Assembly: GCF_006345805.1 (NCBI RefSeq) | Contig: NC_043002.1 | Span: 30,814,001 to 30,878,000, forward strand | Direction: 5' to 3' | DNA: 64,000 nt | Source: Octopus sinensis | Lineage: Eukaryota | In this document: one piece after another, positions 27,610-41,288 of the stretch | Position numbering within the stretch: position 1 is the first letter of the stretch | How the letters are laid out: the number at the start of each line of letters is the position of its first letter | Notes under the pieces: model-generated | Told to the model about the DNA's origin: nothing | Databases searched by the model: none | Seen by the model: only the letters and a program-made list of their open reading frames with translations | Position numbers and translations under genes: made by a program

Positions 27610-29700
27610 TTACGGTAGATATAGATCTGTAATGTGAATGTTGTATGGGATGTATGGGTAATAGTGGTATTAATTGAAAGGTTAGCGGTGTTCTGTATTA
27701 TGTTATGTGTTCATATTGAGTTGTGAAATATATTTATTGATGAAAGTTGCCTCTTTATTCATTCTTTGTTGCACTGAAGTGTTCTGTGAACATTAATAAA
27801 GGGGAAAATTAGGAAATTAGGATTAAGATTCCTAGCACACCTTTCTACGTGTTCACTAACCGGTATCTGTCTGTATTGTAGGAGGCGGATTTGTTCTTTG
27901 TGGAGAGTGGTACTTCGACGGAATGATATTCCTGTTTGACTAATATAATTATTACCACACCCTAAGCATGTAATGGCATAGATTAGATTTTCCGAGGCAC
28001 AGGTGAAATTTGATTTGATCTTAAATATTTGACCTTGTTTAAAGTGGAATTCTAAACCCTCCAAAAGATGGGGGCATGTACCACACTTAGGTCGACCACA
28101 TTTTTTCTCTTTTGGTTCTGTTGTTAATGGATATAGTTTTGCGCTGGTTAATACTTTTTTCAATGATTTAGGTTGCATTTTGTTCTTGATAATTTTGTGT
28201 GAGCTTAAAACTTTGTACATTGTTTTATCTCTAGTGAGGATGGGAAGATTTTGGATGATAATGTTAAAGGCTTCGTTGTTTCTAGGGTTATGTGTGGAGA
28301 TGCATGGGAGTATTTTAAGATCTGGTTTAGTATTTCGGTTGACTTCCTTTAATGTTTGTATATCTATTTCCATAGCTTGTTTAATGCCATCATTTATTTA
28401 CGATATTTGATTAGTATTGATCTAGTTCAAGGAGTTTTCATTCACGAGTATAGGTGTCCGAAACTATGGTACAGATTCTTTTCGCTAGATTATAAGGTAT
28501 ATTATTTTTTATGTGTTTGGGGTAGCATTATTTGAATAATAGGTATTGTTTAGAATCTGTGGGCTTATAGAAGATGTCTGTTTCGATGTAGTTGTTAACT
28601 ATTTTAATTAGGATGTCAAGAAAAGGAAGTTGTTTACTGCTGTGCTCCATGGTGAATTGTATATTGCTTTTAATATTAAGTATTATTTTGAAATCGAGGT
28701 GTTTGTCCATGCTGTCTTTCCAAAGTATAAAGCAATCATCCAAATACCTCTTCTAGTTCTCCTTTAAATAGCAATGAAATGAGGTGCCATATTTTTGTAG
28801 TGATGATTAATATATTTTAAGCCCTAGGTAACCCATTACAAGATTCGCAATCACTGGAGCAGCTCGGGTTCCAATTGCAATTCCACATTTTTGTCGATAG
28901 TAAACTGTATCGAACATGAAATAGTTGTTCAGTAGGATGAATTTGAGTGCTTCGATTATAAATCTGTTGTTAATGCGTCCTGGGTTCTCTTCTGGGTATT
29001 TTTGTAGCCAGAAAGTCATCGCCTCTTTACCATAACCGTGTGGGATATTGGTGTACAAATTCACCACATCGAATGATACTAACAGGGTTCCTTCATCTAT
29101 TTGTCTTCGGAAGGTGGTTCAGCATGTCTAAGTCATCCCTGATGATGCTTTCCACATATTTAAGAAACGGTTTGAGTAAGATGTCGAGGAAGTTGCTCAA
29201 GCGGTGGGTTTCAAAAGCAGGGCAAGCAATGATGGGTCTCAGTTTGAGGTCAGTAGGGGGAGGAACATTAATGCACTGGCTTGAAGAAACTTTGTAAGCT
29301 TTACAAATATGTAGATTTTTGTGTATTTTAGGTAATCCGTAGAATAGATTAGATCTGTATTTAAAATTGTATAAATAGTAAAATTCAAGTTTAGTGAGAC
29401 ACTTTCCATGTATTTGAAGTAAGGAGGATAAGTTTTTAAGTGTCTTCTGTGGGTTGTATTGTACTATCTTCTCATAGTAAATATTATTTTCCAACATGGA
29501 GAGTATAAAATTTTTGTAGTACTCTGTGTCCATCATCACTACCACACTTCCTTTGTCGGCTTCTTTAATGGTGAGGTTTATATCATTTTTTAACTCGATT
29601 AGGTCTTTCCATTCATTTGCATTAAGGTTGGATTTAATTCGCTGTTTTTGTAGGGTATTAAAAGGAAAACTGTAAATGTGTTCACAAAAAGCATGAAGTG
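27610..29700 (-). mobile_element. Penelope-like retroelement (RT + C-terminal GIY-YIG, Neptune-like linker), disrupted
   Basis: TIKEADKGSVV, FYGLPKIHK, LRPIIA, VNLYTNIPH, GIAIGTRAAPVIANLVM, YLDDCFILW, LPFLDILI, FYKPTDSKQYL, then CGRPKCGTC and NLIYAITCLGCGNNYISQTG (GIY-YIG). Confidence 0.92.
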
Positions 29701-29849
29701 GTGTATTTTTTTTTATTCCTACCCCAGTTCATCTAACTGTATATAACTATCATTACTTTTCATAAAAATCCTTTACTTTGTTTGATTTCCAATGCGCATT
29801 TTCGCTTATTTTTCTTCTCTCTCTCTCTTTCTAAGTATATATATATAAA

Positions 29850-30030
29850 TTTTCAAAATGAGATAAAAATCCAAGGCTGTGAAAGATTTTAGAACATATA
29901 TGAATAGAAGGTTTTACAGCTGTTTCCAGAAAATTTTATATATCCCTGCATCGGAGAAGGTGTGAGAAAATGATTAAGTAATAGTTATTTAAGATAAGAA
30001 ATGGAGAGTGAAGTGGAGGAGTGGATTTTT
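29850..30030 (-). mobile_element. pLTR-like segment upstream of the PLE ORF, with a degenerate hammerhead motif
   Basis: TCTC-CGATGC-AGGGATAT...GGAAAC-AGCT-GTA; homologous to 41570-41750 on the plus strand. Confidence 0.55.
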
Positions 30031-30193
30031 ATCTCATTCTGAATATGTACACATGCTGATATATAACCTACGTTACACTCCATATTCGTATAATCACCAA
30101 ACTTGGAATTTAACTATAGTCTGTCCATATCACTTACTCAGCATTACCTGACACCTTTGGGTCCTATTGACACCATTGATATATACATATATA

Positions 30194-30277
<84 letters not shown>

Positions 30278-30799
30278 ATATACGTATATATATATATATA
30301 CGTATATATATATATATGTATATATATTTATATATGCATATATATATATGTATTATATATCTATATATACACATACATACATACACACATTCATATACAT
30401 GCATATACACATATATGCACACGCATATGTATATATGCACACAGACACACCTTATACTCTGTTTTAAATAAACTGAAAGGCAGTCCGTCCTTAACGTGGT
30501 TGTTTAGTATACTAGAGACAGCAGTTATTAAACATAGGAAATAGTCAATATTCTGATCACCTAATATGCCTCAAGGGGAAAAGTCCTCTGCAGTATATTA
30601 GGAGGCGAGATTATCTGATAGCACATCTAAACAAACCGAGGAAAAGAAATAATTCCAAGATGGGTGGGCGAGGGAATTTCCGAGGTGCAAGTTGACTTGG
30701 AACATGGAGCCCACCAAAACCGTTCCTAGTTGGGCTCAGTTCCTCCAAAAGGCCGTCCCTGAATGTATTGTTCCTCCGCAAACCCTCAGAAAAGAATTG

Positions 30800-31511
30800 C
30801 TTGGATCTGTATTCTGATTGTGATATGCTTTTCAAACGGAATTAAAGTAAGTTTTTTTTTTAAACAACTTGAGACTGGAGATGAAAAATGGGTTGTGTAT
30901 GAAATCATAGTGCGACAAAAATTCTAGAACGCCCAAAACAGCAACCAGAGACGAATATCCATGACAAAAAAGCTATGCTATGCGTTTGGTAGGATCATAA
31001 AGGTAATATTTATTATGACCTTCTCCCACAAAATCACACCGTTAATTCTGAAGTGTACTGTCGTCAGCTGGCTAATTTGAATAAAATAAAGAAAGAACTG
31101 AGGCCGGAGATTGCTAACAGGAAAGGGGTATTCCAGCAAGAAAATGCTCGACCCCATGTGTCTTTGGCTTCCGACCAGAGTTACGTGAATTTGACTGGGA
31201 TGTCTTACCCCATCCATTATATTCTTCTGATATTGCGCCATCCGACTACCTCTTGCTTTTGTCTCTACAGAACACATTGCAAGCAAAAACATTTAACGAT
31301 GTAGGGGTCAAAATGTATCAAGATAACATTTTTCTTCAAAGCCAGTCAAATTTTATGCTGATGGAATATCTAAATTGCTTGATAGATAGGCAAAGGCCAT
31401 TAATAATAATGGAAATGATTTCATTGAATAAGATTTATTGAAACGTCAATTATTTATATCCGTTTTTGCATATTAAAAAAAAAATGCCCCAAACTTTCCG
31501 GATAGCCTAAT
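30800..31511 (+). mobile_element. Mariner (D,D34D) transposase catalytic-domain remnant with 3' TIR
   Basis: TGDEKWVVY, KAMLCVW, NSEVYCRQL, QQENARPH, LPHPLYSSDIAPSDY; ends CCAAACTTTCCGGATAGCCTAA-TA. Confidence 0.88.
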
Positions 31512-31532
31512 ATACATATATATATATATACA

Positions 31533-31567
<35 letters not shown>

Positions 31568-31725
31568 ACGAGTGAGTGGAGAGACGAAAGAAAAGGCGAC
31601 TCAGTACATTTAGTAGGAGTTACATGTGTTATTTAAAAGTTTAATTTGGTTCCGTGGTACTTCAATTTCGGAGGCCACTAACAGAAGCCCGACTCGTTCA
31701 GGCTCATGAAATGCCGAAATCTCCT

Positions 31726-31758
<33 letters not shown>

Positions 31759-31889
31759 GTCTCTCTGTGATATATATATATATATATAATACACACACGC
31801 ACACACACATATATATATATATATATACACATATGTATATATATATATATATGTATGTATACACACACACACACACTCACCCCCCCCAC

Positions 31890-31920
<31 letters not shown>

Positions 31921-32439
31921 ATATATAAGCGCAAGCGTGGCCGTGTGATTAGAAGCTGTCTTCACAAATACATGGTTACGCTTCAGCATGGTCATTATTC
32001 AATAACCGATAGAAGTAACATCTAAACGATAAATCCACCAGTTACGCATGCATCAAATTTCTCTTTTCTATATTAACCATGCTGTCCATGCCGAAAGCAT
32101 GATCTCTCTACAGCTTGGCATTAGTATCGTCATAGGCGTTGCTCTCTTACGCAAAGATCCACTCCAGAACATTTACTACAAGTTATCTCTTGCGATCCAC
32201 TTACAATTTCACCACTTCTGTCACTGATCTAGGACTTGATTTATCGACCCTGAAAAATTGTAAAGAACAGTTTACCTTGATGGGATTTGAACTCAAGGTA
32301 ACTGAAATACAAGGTATTCTAATGACTCCGCTAGTTGTGCAACTACTTTAATGTGGTGATTAACTAAAGTAATACGAAATTTCTGTTTCGAATTGCTAGA
32401 TGTCTACCATATATCTTGTAGTGAGGGTGGGACAAACAT

Positions 32440-32655
32440 GTGTAGAGAAACAATTTCAGGCACAAAGCTCGAAATTTTGGGGGAGTGGTGCAGTTGATTA
32501 GATCGACCCCAGTACGCAAATGGTACTTAAGTTACTGACCACGAAAGGATGAAACGAAAAGTCGATCTCGGCGGAATCTGAACTCAGAACATAAAGACAT
32601 ACGAAATAACGCTAAGCATTTTGCCCGGCGTGCTAACGTTTCTGCTAGCTTGCCT
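32440..32655 (-). mobile_element. tRNA-derived SINE (family B)
   Basis: Minus strand GGCAAGCTAGCAGAAACGTTAGCACGCCGGGC...GTTCTGAGTTCAGATTCCGCCGAG...TACTGGGGTCGATC. Confidence 0.8.
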
Positions 32656-33039
32656 GTAGGAAATTGTGCGTCATATATGGGTCACATGAGTCAGTCAATT
32701 AAGTACGTTTTCAAAATTTCTTGCGATCTTTCCTGTATAGTATCTTTTTAGACTACTGTAAAATTTTCATCTGCAGATTTAATTGGCATCGTTCCTATAT
32801 TTGTAGTACCATAATCTTTTTCGAATAAATTTGATGATGTATATTGATATGCTCCTGTCTACGTAGATTTGTATTTCTTTGACATTATTAATTCACCATA
32901 GATTTTTCTTATTTCTACGCCTTCCGTAATTTTCTCAGTTGATTTGAGAATTAACTCTGTCAATAGAATTTAGACAAGAGTTTGGATTATTCTCTCTTGT
33001 CAATATTTTGTATTTTACTTTTCTTTATTGCAATCGTTT

Positions 33040-33450
33040 TCAGCAAGGCTATATCGTTGGATTAAATTCCAGCTAGGATTATCAAGTATGGTATCCAAAA
33101 ACTTCTCACGGGGACACATCATCTGTTTTCATTTCAGGGAACAAGGTAAAATTTTCGCAGATTTGAAAAATGCCATTATAGTAACTTTATTCCAAAAGAG
33201 AACTGAGAGTGTGAAAACTACAAAGGTGTTTCTCTTTCTGTTACTGGGGAAAAAGATCTTACAAAAACCATCTTGGTATGTTGATTCCATTTCAAAACGA
33301 AGGCCTCCGGAAAGCCAATGTTGGTTCAGATTCCAGTTTGTGGAACGGTCTCCATAATCTTTTCTTTAGGGTGCATTCATAAGAAGTGCCTAGAAGAATG
33401 TCTTCTACAGAGAAGTTTCTAAGTTCTAGTCAAGGCATTTTCTTCACTAC
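33040..33450 (+). pseudogene. Degenerate RTE-type reverse transcriptase fragment
   Basis: GKIFADLKNAIIVTLFQK, ENYKGVSL, PESQCWFR, ..VKAF, across frameshifts. Confidence 0.55.
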
Positions 33451-35161
33451 CTTGTGATGTCAATTAGAAGGTTCATGAATCTTTCGGATGGCCACTTTAC
33501 TTGTCTCTCCTGTATTTCGTCCAATATTTTATATTATCGGTTAGTGCAACGAATCGTACAAGATATACCATATATATATATTAATATCTTGTTTATCACT
33601 TCGTCAGTTTGTGTTTGTATATATTTATATATATTTTTATAACCTTAAATTAGAGAGAGTTGCTATGACTTTCTGATTACTAAATAGACTTCTATTCCCT
33701 TACAAATATTTTTGTTGCAAATTTTTGACACAGCATAATTATTAAACCATACACGATTACGCCATTAAAGATTCATTGAACGCGTTGCAAAATCCACGTC
33801 GCAGCAATAGCTGTGAGCTAATAACAGGGGATGCTACAACGTGAAAATCTTTTCACATTGGTAGGCATACTCACGTGAAGAATTTATCTTCCTTAACTAG
33901 AATCGTTAATGGATACGACAATTTTAACCAGACATTTCAAGACAATTTACTAGAGTAAATCATAGCGAATAGATATTACAGAAGCCCGACTTAAAAACAG
34001 TAGATATCAAGCGAGAAATAAGGCCTTAGGGAAGCATCCAAAATACGCGGCTTTCCAATGATTCTTAGAATTTCAAGAAATAATCCATTTCAACCAACAC
34101 TTCACTCAAACGTATCCCAGAATCTAAATACGAAAATAGAAGAAACCAAAGAATAAACAGTCAATTGTATGAAATATATGATATTTATATCTCATGTTCA
34201 ATGATTCTGCGTATGGTATATATTTATACAAGTGTTATGGTTAGAAGATTTTTGGAATCTTTAAGGCCAGCATACTTTAGCTGGTAGTCAAACATAGAAT
34301 CAGATAAGATATATCTTGACTGATATTCTTCAGTTTGAATCATTATTGAGGAATTAACCTCCAGGCAGTTTCGACAATTTGACCCTATTAAGAAGTTTGT
34401 ATATTCCCATCATTGTTTGCTGTTCGTATTTACCTTCCAGGCAACTTTTGCAACATTCGTGCTAATACATTCTATGCTGCTCTTTAAATGTCCTTCAGAG
34501 ATTGTACATAAACATACATTCATACATATATACGTACATCAATACAATATGTATGCATGTGCGTATGTATTCATGTATGTTGGCATAGTTGTATGAATGT
34601 ATGTTGGCATCTGTGTATGTGTATACATATGCATAATAATGTTCAGAACACAATATTTGGGGAATAATAGAATAAAAGATTAACTTCTCAATAGTTAAAG
34701 CTTATCGAATCGGTTTTCATATTGTGACGATTGTAGCTAATCTATTTTCTTACCTAGCCTATCCAACATAGAATGTTTCAAACACAATGTATTAAAAATT
34801 TGGTCCTACTTCACAAATGCAAATTATTCTATAGAGTGCAAATCCATGTAGTTCTTTCCTAAATAGCCCTCGCCTTCACCACGCGTACGCACATACGTGT
34901 GCACGAACACAGTCATATGTAAAAAAGCACACAGCCACACACATATGTGTGTGTGTGTGTGTGTGTGTGTATAAGCAAATACATAAACAGAGATATGCGT
35001 ACGTATGGATTAATAAGTTTATATATATTTTTATATATCGGCGGTGGGGGAATGTGCTTCAATGTGTGTGAATGTATGTATATCTGCGTATTATATATCT
35101 ACGTCTCCTTATATGTGCGTGTGCGCGTGTGTGCCTGTATATATATATATATATATAATAT

Positions 35162-35237
<76 letters not shown>

Positions 35238-35345
35238 CACACACACAATAATGTTTGTTTTTATGTTCAGTTATATTGAAGACACTTTCACATTGATCTG
35301 ATGGATTACTCTATAATTTTGTACAGTACAAATTTATTATTCTCA

Positions 35346-35452
35346 AACAAGATGTTTGTTGACTGTGACTTCGAAATTTCAGAGCCAGGCTATCGTCCGA
35401 TAATGGTTCGGCTGGCCAAAACTTCGAAGTCACTCTCAACAGCATTCTTGTT
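35346..35452. repeat. Imperfect ~107-nt inverted repeat
   Basis: AACAAGATGTTTGTTGACTGTGACTTCGAAA pairs with TTCGAAGTCACTCTCAACAGCATTCTTGTT. Confidence 0.65.
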
Positions 35453-35503
35453 CAAGAATTATATATTTATATCAATATGTGTGTGTGCGTGTGTATGTGT
35501 GTG

Positions 35504-35549
<46 letters not shown>

Positions 35550-35699
35550 ATTAGATTTTGCATTTTGCAAAATTCTTTATGTGAATTCGTGTGTTGAAAC
35601 ACATTTTGCTGTGTTTGGAGAGAGTCATTGTGCCTTAATATAACACACTCAACGGTTCAATTCCATCTAATTTATTATATATATATATATATATGTATA

Positions 35700-35910
35700 T
35701 AAAGTTAATCCAAACATGAAAACACCGAGAGAAAACACAACAACGTGAGGACGTGGAACAAATATAGTATTATTGGACGCTCAGGAAGGAAGGGAAGAAG
35801 GAGGGTTTTACGCTTCGAGCGGAGCTCTTCGTCAGAAACATAGGAAAAGGAAAGATCCAGAGAAGGAAAGACGAGCGAAAAAAATCGCCAACGGTACACA
35901 CGCGGTGATG
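35700..35910 (-). repeat. PLE-terminal-like repeat with minimal HHR (family P2)
   Basis: Homologous to 45365-45560 (+); HHR motif at 35805-35839. Confidence 0.6.
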
Positions 35911-36089
35911 TGTGTGTATATATATATATAACCCTTAGATGGACCGCCAGTCCTCACGCAGTGAGTGAACTCGAGCAACGTGTAACGAATTGATTGTCTC
36001 AAGAATACAACGCGCCACCCTATCCGGATATCAAAACAACGACCAAACGATTTCGCGCGTTCACATTCACGCACTCACGCACACACACA

Positions 36090-36290
36090 CAAACGGACTC
36101 GCGGTCGTAAGAACGTGGTTTCGGGTCCCAGACCGGGATTGTGTGTGTTTATTGAGCAAAAACACCTAAGTTCCACGAGGTCCAGTTGGGGGCAGGGATG
36201 AACCTCGCTGTACTCTTTCACCACAATTTTCTCTCACTCTTTTCTCCTACTTCTGCCACAAAGCAGAGGAACTATGATGTAACCCACTAT
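36090..36290 (+). mobile_element. Diverged SINE (family C-like)
   Basis: GGTTTCGGGTCCCAGACCGGG...GTGTTTATTGAGCAAAAACACCT CORE-like motif. Confidence 0.45.
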
Positions 36291-37229
36291 GGGGTGGTAA
36301 ACTTTCAGACCCTAGTCTAGATTGCGAATCCTTTGTACCCGAGGATGTTTCAGCTCTCCACCCGTTAAAAGCCACCGTTTACCGAATGAGGATAACAATG
36401 TAGCTTCCGCGCCCGTGCAACCGCCAGTCTATTGCGTGTGGTGGGTGGATCTTCAGGTTGCCACACGCATTCTTAGTAGCTTAGAGTAGGCCAGAATTAG
36501 AGATTACTCTTTGTGGCTAATGGCGTGAGTCCCGATTGGAAGAAGAAGAAGAAGGAGAAGGAGGAGGAGGAGAAGAAGAAGAAGAAGAAGAAGAAGAAGA
36601 AGAAGAAGAAGAAGAAGAAGAAGAAGAAGAAGAAGAAGAAGAAGAAGAGACATCAACAACATTGACGACGACGACGACCTTGACTGCAACAACAACAGCA
36701 GCAACAGTAAACAACTACCGAATAGAAACCCCCAGGAATGATAATAGAAACAACAGCCGTAAGATAGCTAAACATGCTTATAGCAACATATAACATTAAG
36801 AACGACCACAACAACGAAACAGAACAGCTATGACAACAATAGCAACAATAATAACAAAAAGCACTTCCAACACCACAGTAGCAACGGTGTTTATTGATGA
36901 TGCTAGCGACAACGTACACAAGAACAATGCCAATATTAAGCAAAAACAAAAACGAAAAGAGAATACAAATTCAACAAAAAAATTGAACATCCAACTTAAG
37001 ATTTCTAACGCCTCACCTTAATCTACCGCTCACTTTCCCATCGCACACCATCGTCAGTTGACACGTAGTTATGCGTCTAGGAATCCCGCAAACACTTTAA
37101 ACTTAATTTTTTTTTAAAAGCTAAAGAACCTATTTTCTTTTCATTTTCTTCCTGCTCTGTAACGGTAGGCATTTGTGCGTATATGTGCATGGGCATGTGT
37201 GTGTGTGTGTGCGTTCGTGTGACTGTTTG

Positions 37230-37279
<50 letters not shown>

Positions 37280-37339
37280 GCTTTCTTGTTTGGATTCACC
37301 TTATATATATATATGTTTGTATTTATATTCGTGTGGCAT

Positions 37340-37570
37340 CGTCCGTTTTCTGTCCTTGTTTCGTATACATTCGATCCTTTTTCCAAGAAATCTAATGCTC
37401 GTAGCTTAGTTTTTCCTTGGGGCTGGCCGGATCGGAGCGATATCAAGATTTATCAGCCGAAATTGCGAGGATGATCCGGTTCTTGACTGAAGATTAGAGG
37501 CTTCGCATGACCCGTCCGTTTTTTGTGTCGTCTCTTTGAGTGTTTTGCGTTCTTATCCCATTTTGTATTT
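37340..37570 (+). repeat. Family P1 repeat copy
   Basis: See 27110, 17888 and 10876. Confidence 0.6.
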
Positions 37571-38037
37571 ATATATATATTTTTTATACATATGTATATA
37601 AAAAACCCTTATTGTTGGTTCCCTGTCCTGTTTCTTTATTTGTACTTTTTTTTCTTCATTTGTATTGCTTTTACGTTCTGTTCTTGTCACTTGTTTTACC
37701 CCTCTGCAAAAGATTTTTATTTAATTCCTTTTGCAGGAAGGACTGCTTCGGCCTGGCCGTGTTCTGCTCTTAACTTCGAAACACGCATTGAGTCGAACCA
37801 GGGGCAGCTGATGAAGGGGAATTTTCCTTGTATTGTTTGTCCTGTACTCTGTTTTTTCATTGTTTTACTAACAGTCAGTTTCCTTGTTTTTTCGTTGTTA
37901 AAAAAAAGTCCGTTTCCTTGTTTGATTTTAGGTTTTCGTCTCTCGTTGTGTTCTACGTTTATTTGTGGTGTTCTGTACTCATATATATATATATATATAT
38001 AATATATATATATATAATATATATAATATATATATAT

Positions 38038-38142
38038 TATAAGCGGGACCAGCCATCTGAATGTGGCTAGGGACAGGGCGGGGTGGTGGGGGTCCACCCC
38101 GCCCTGTCCCTAGCCACATTCAGATGGCTGGTCCCGCTTATA
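38038..38142. repeat. Perfect palindrome, 49-bp arms with 7-nt spacer
   Basis: 38038-38086 is the exact reverse complement of 38094-38142. Confidence 0.95.
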
Positions 38143-38188
38143 TTACAGAGCAGTTACTGTTTATACCTCGCTTAGAGATTTATTATAT

Positions 38189-38224
<36 letters not shown>

Positions 38225-38451
38225 GATAGATATAGATATAGATATCGACATATATATATTCATGTATATATACATGTAGATGTAAGTATGTACATATATG
38301 TATGTATATATGCATATATTTTATTTATGTATTATACTATATATATATATATCTTGACATATATACATATATATATATGTATGTATGTATGTATATATGT
38401 ATGTATGTATATGTATGTATATGTATATATATGTATGCGTATGTGTATATA

Positions 38452-38912
38452 TTGGGTGATCCCATAAATAATGCGGTATTTTCAAATGCATGAACTTAAA
38501 GTCGGAGAAGGACGGAACAAACTACATGCATCGACTTGCTATAAAAGCAGGTAATAAGTTTACCGTGTCCTTATTTGTAATGCAAGTTTTGAAGAGCGCA
38601 ATTCGATGTAAGCAGTTATTTTTTCAAAGCTATAATGGAAGTGATAAAGAAGCATATTTTGCTTTATTAGTTCAATGAAGGCAACAACGCAACGTAAAGT
38701 GTGAGCAACATTTATGCAGAATATGGGGGATCGAACAATAGGAGAGTGCCAGCGGTCGTTCCAGAAATTCCGAGCAGGAAACTACAGCGTAGGAGACGGG
38801 CCTCGTCCAGGAATGTCTGTAGAGCATGACGAGAACGTCCTGGAAACCCTGGTAGAACAAAGTCCCATCGTAACCGTTGAGGAATTAGGAGAGAAGCTTC
38901 GATTTGGTCATT
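38452..38912 (+). mobile_element. Mariner 5' fragment (TIR + HTH DNA-binding domain)
   Basis: TA-TTGGGTGATCCCATAAATAATGCGG TIR; ...ECQRSFQKFRAGNYSVGDGPRPG...ETLVEQSPIVTVEELGEKL. Confidence 0.85.
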
Positions 38913-39289
38913 AAACCAGTCACCGATACCTGCATTACAAAAAACGACCATCTTTGGTTTCAAAAATATGTCTTCTGTAGACGAGGTGATAACATTTCTG
39001 GTGGAGTATTTTTCGTCACATGCATATATATATGTGTGTGTACCTCGAGGGGTACCTCGATTGTCTTTGGAGGCGTTCTTGTATCAGGAGGGCTACATCT
39101 CTATCATCCTCCTCACTTTTTTGTACCTTTGTATGCTATGCATATATCCCTTCTTTTCCAGTGTGTATCGTGTATGCATTTTCTTATCATTTCAGTTTTA
39201 TATGTAAACCCCAACACTTTATGTCTGTCTCGGTTGTACCCACCTGATTCTTCGCCCTTGTGGCAAATAAATGAAATCATTATTATTAT

Positions 39290-39710
39290 TATTGTTGTTG
39301 TTGAGTGAGAGAGCAGTGCATGCCATACAAATGACACTGGTGTAAAATACACGAAGCTCAATATGCCCATCAAGCATACATGTCTCATAAGGGTACACCA
39401 GACACATGCAGCACAACCATATGTGCGTAACATGGTCATCTCATATCAAGATAAACAATGCATGACCTTGCAGGTGGAGCCCATTTAGAATTTTCTTCAA
39501 GTCCAGTGGCCCATCCCACTTAAGAAATCCCTCAATAACGTTTGTTTTACTGATGAACAAAACATCTTTGTTTCCAGAGGTTAATTATTCAACCCCCTAA
39601 AGAATTCCTCTCAACACATGGCTATGATGCTCCCCCACTACTTCAGCTCGTGATGAGAAATGTACATATCGTCAGCCACTAAGGGAAATTCTCAACTGGT
39701 TAAGAACTGA
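39290..39710 (-). repeat. Abundant LINE-3'-UTR-like dispersed repeat
   Basis: Recognised from memory as a common octopus interspersed repeat; ends in an (AAC/AAT)n tail on the minus strand. Not verified. Confidence 0.35.
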
Positions 39711-39832
39711 GCAGCAAATATGTGGTATATAGCAGAATATTTGCAGTGGCCCATTCTTTGTACCATGACAAAACAGGAACTGGGCACAATATTTGCAGCA
39801 ATACACCACCACTACCGCCACCAACACCACCC

Positions 39833-39863
<31 letters not shown>

Positions 39864-41288
39864 CATCATCATCATTCATCATCATCACCGTCGTCGTCAT
39901 CAACTTCATCATTATCTTCATCTTCACCATTCTCTCTGTCTGTAATACCACATTGGTAAAATGTCAGTATAATATTTCGTTCTGCCATGTTTTAGAAATA
40001 TTTCGATGGAATTTGAAACGAAACACAATTAGGTCTGATGATAAATATATTTTAGCATACGTTGTAGAAATATTCCAAATTTTGTTGGAGTGACTTCCAT
40101 AGTTTATATTTATCTATAAGTCATTCTTTTAACTATGACAGCTTTTGCACAGGCAGAATGAATTATAGTGATGTAGACAAGCTCATTATCAAACATAAGG
40201 GTAGAGTAGATGTAGAGCTCTTGTAAGAGCGGATAGCTATTATAAAATATATAATGTGGAACTACAAGGTTTTCTGGGGAAGAAAAACTAAAAAAATAAC
40301 TAGAAAACTACTTTTTGTTCTCAAGGAAAACAACACATATAAAACGGAATAATGCTAAAAAGAGATCTCTGAAGAAGATGGTGTGACAATAACATAAACA
40401 GCTAAAAGGAAAAATTATAAACTTAAATGGTAATCTTGGGAGATGGAATTACAAAAGAATATGCTAATAGGTTGCGAGAATAGAAAAAAAATGTATAAGT
40501 AACAAAAAAAAAAGAAAAAATCAGAGAAAACTGAAACGATAGCGCAGTGAAGAGGATTAAAAGGATCTTGGTATTGGCTGAAAAATAACAGAAATCTACT
40601 CTAACAATGAGGGATTTTGTTCATGACACAAGCCCAAGGCTTCTCACGAAGCAAAAGTAGAAAGAAAGAATAATAAACATGCTTGGCAGGGTATGGAGCT
40701 AACTGGAAAATATAAGGATATGGTGATGATATTATGTTAGAAAATGTTCGGAACATCTACCATGGACCCAACACCCAACAATGTTGAATAACTAAGTTGA
40801 GTGTTTTCAAAATCTATCGGGATCGCTATATTTTTGACTTTATTTGTCATTCCCCGTTGCATGGTCATTGAAATATTCAATCAAACACTGAATTAAATTC
40901 TACTCATTTCCTAGCAGGAATGTCTTATTAAGGTTGACTTTCTATCATTCCAGAGTCCATAAAACATGTAGTACCTGTCAAAAGTTGGACTCGATGTAGT
41001 TGACTAACTCTCATATTTCAAGATTGCTGGTAATGTGCCGGATAAAATGTATATATATATATTTAATGTAGGATAAAATTTTTTCGAAAAAAAAATTTAT
41101 CAATGGCCACCATATTAAAAAATACCTTTAATAGTTAAATTTTTAAACAACATATAAATAAGGGCAAACGAAAAAAATTCTAATGCCAAATAAGCCGAAA
41201 TTAGACATCTTGTCCATAACCATATAATTTTTCACAATACGCACGCTACTCAAAAAAGGTCGACAGAAATTTCTCAAAAATTTCATTA

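Noticed and set aside
33545-33612. Minus-strand CTGACGA followed by a hairpin
   Set aside because: No GAAA at the required position.
37420-37510. Family P1 repeats (also 10876, 17888, 27200) as hammerheads
   Set aside because: They contain GAAA, CTGAAGA and short stems (ccggatc/gatccgg, ggctg/cagcc), but no topology places a UH site and all three stems correctly in any of the four copies.
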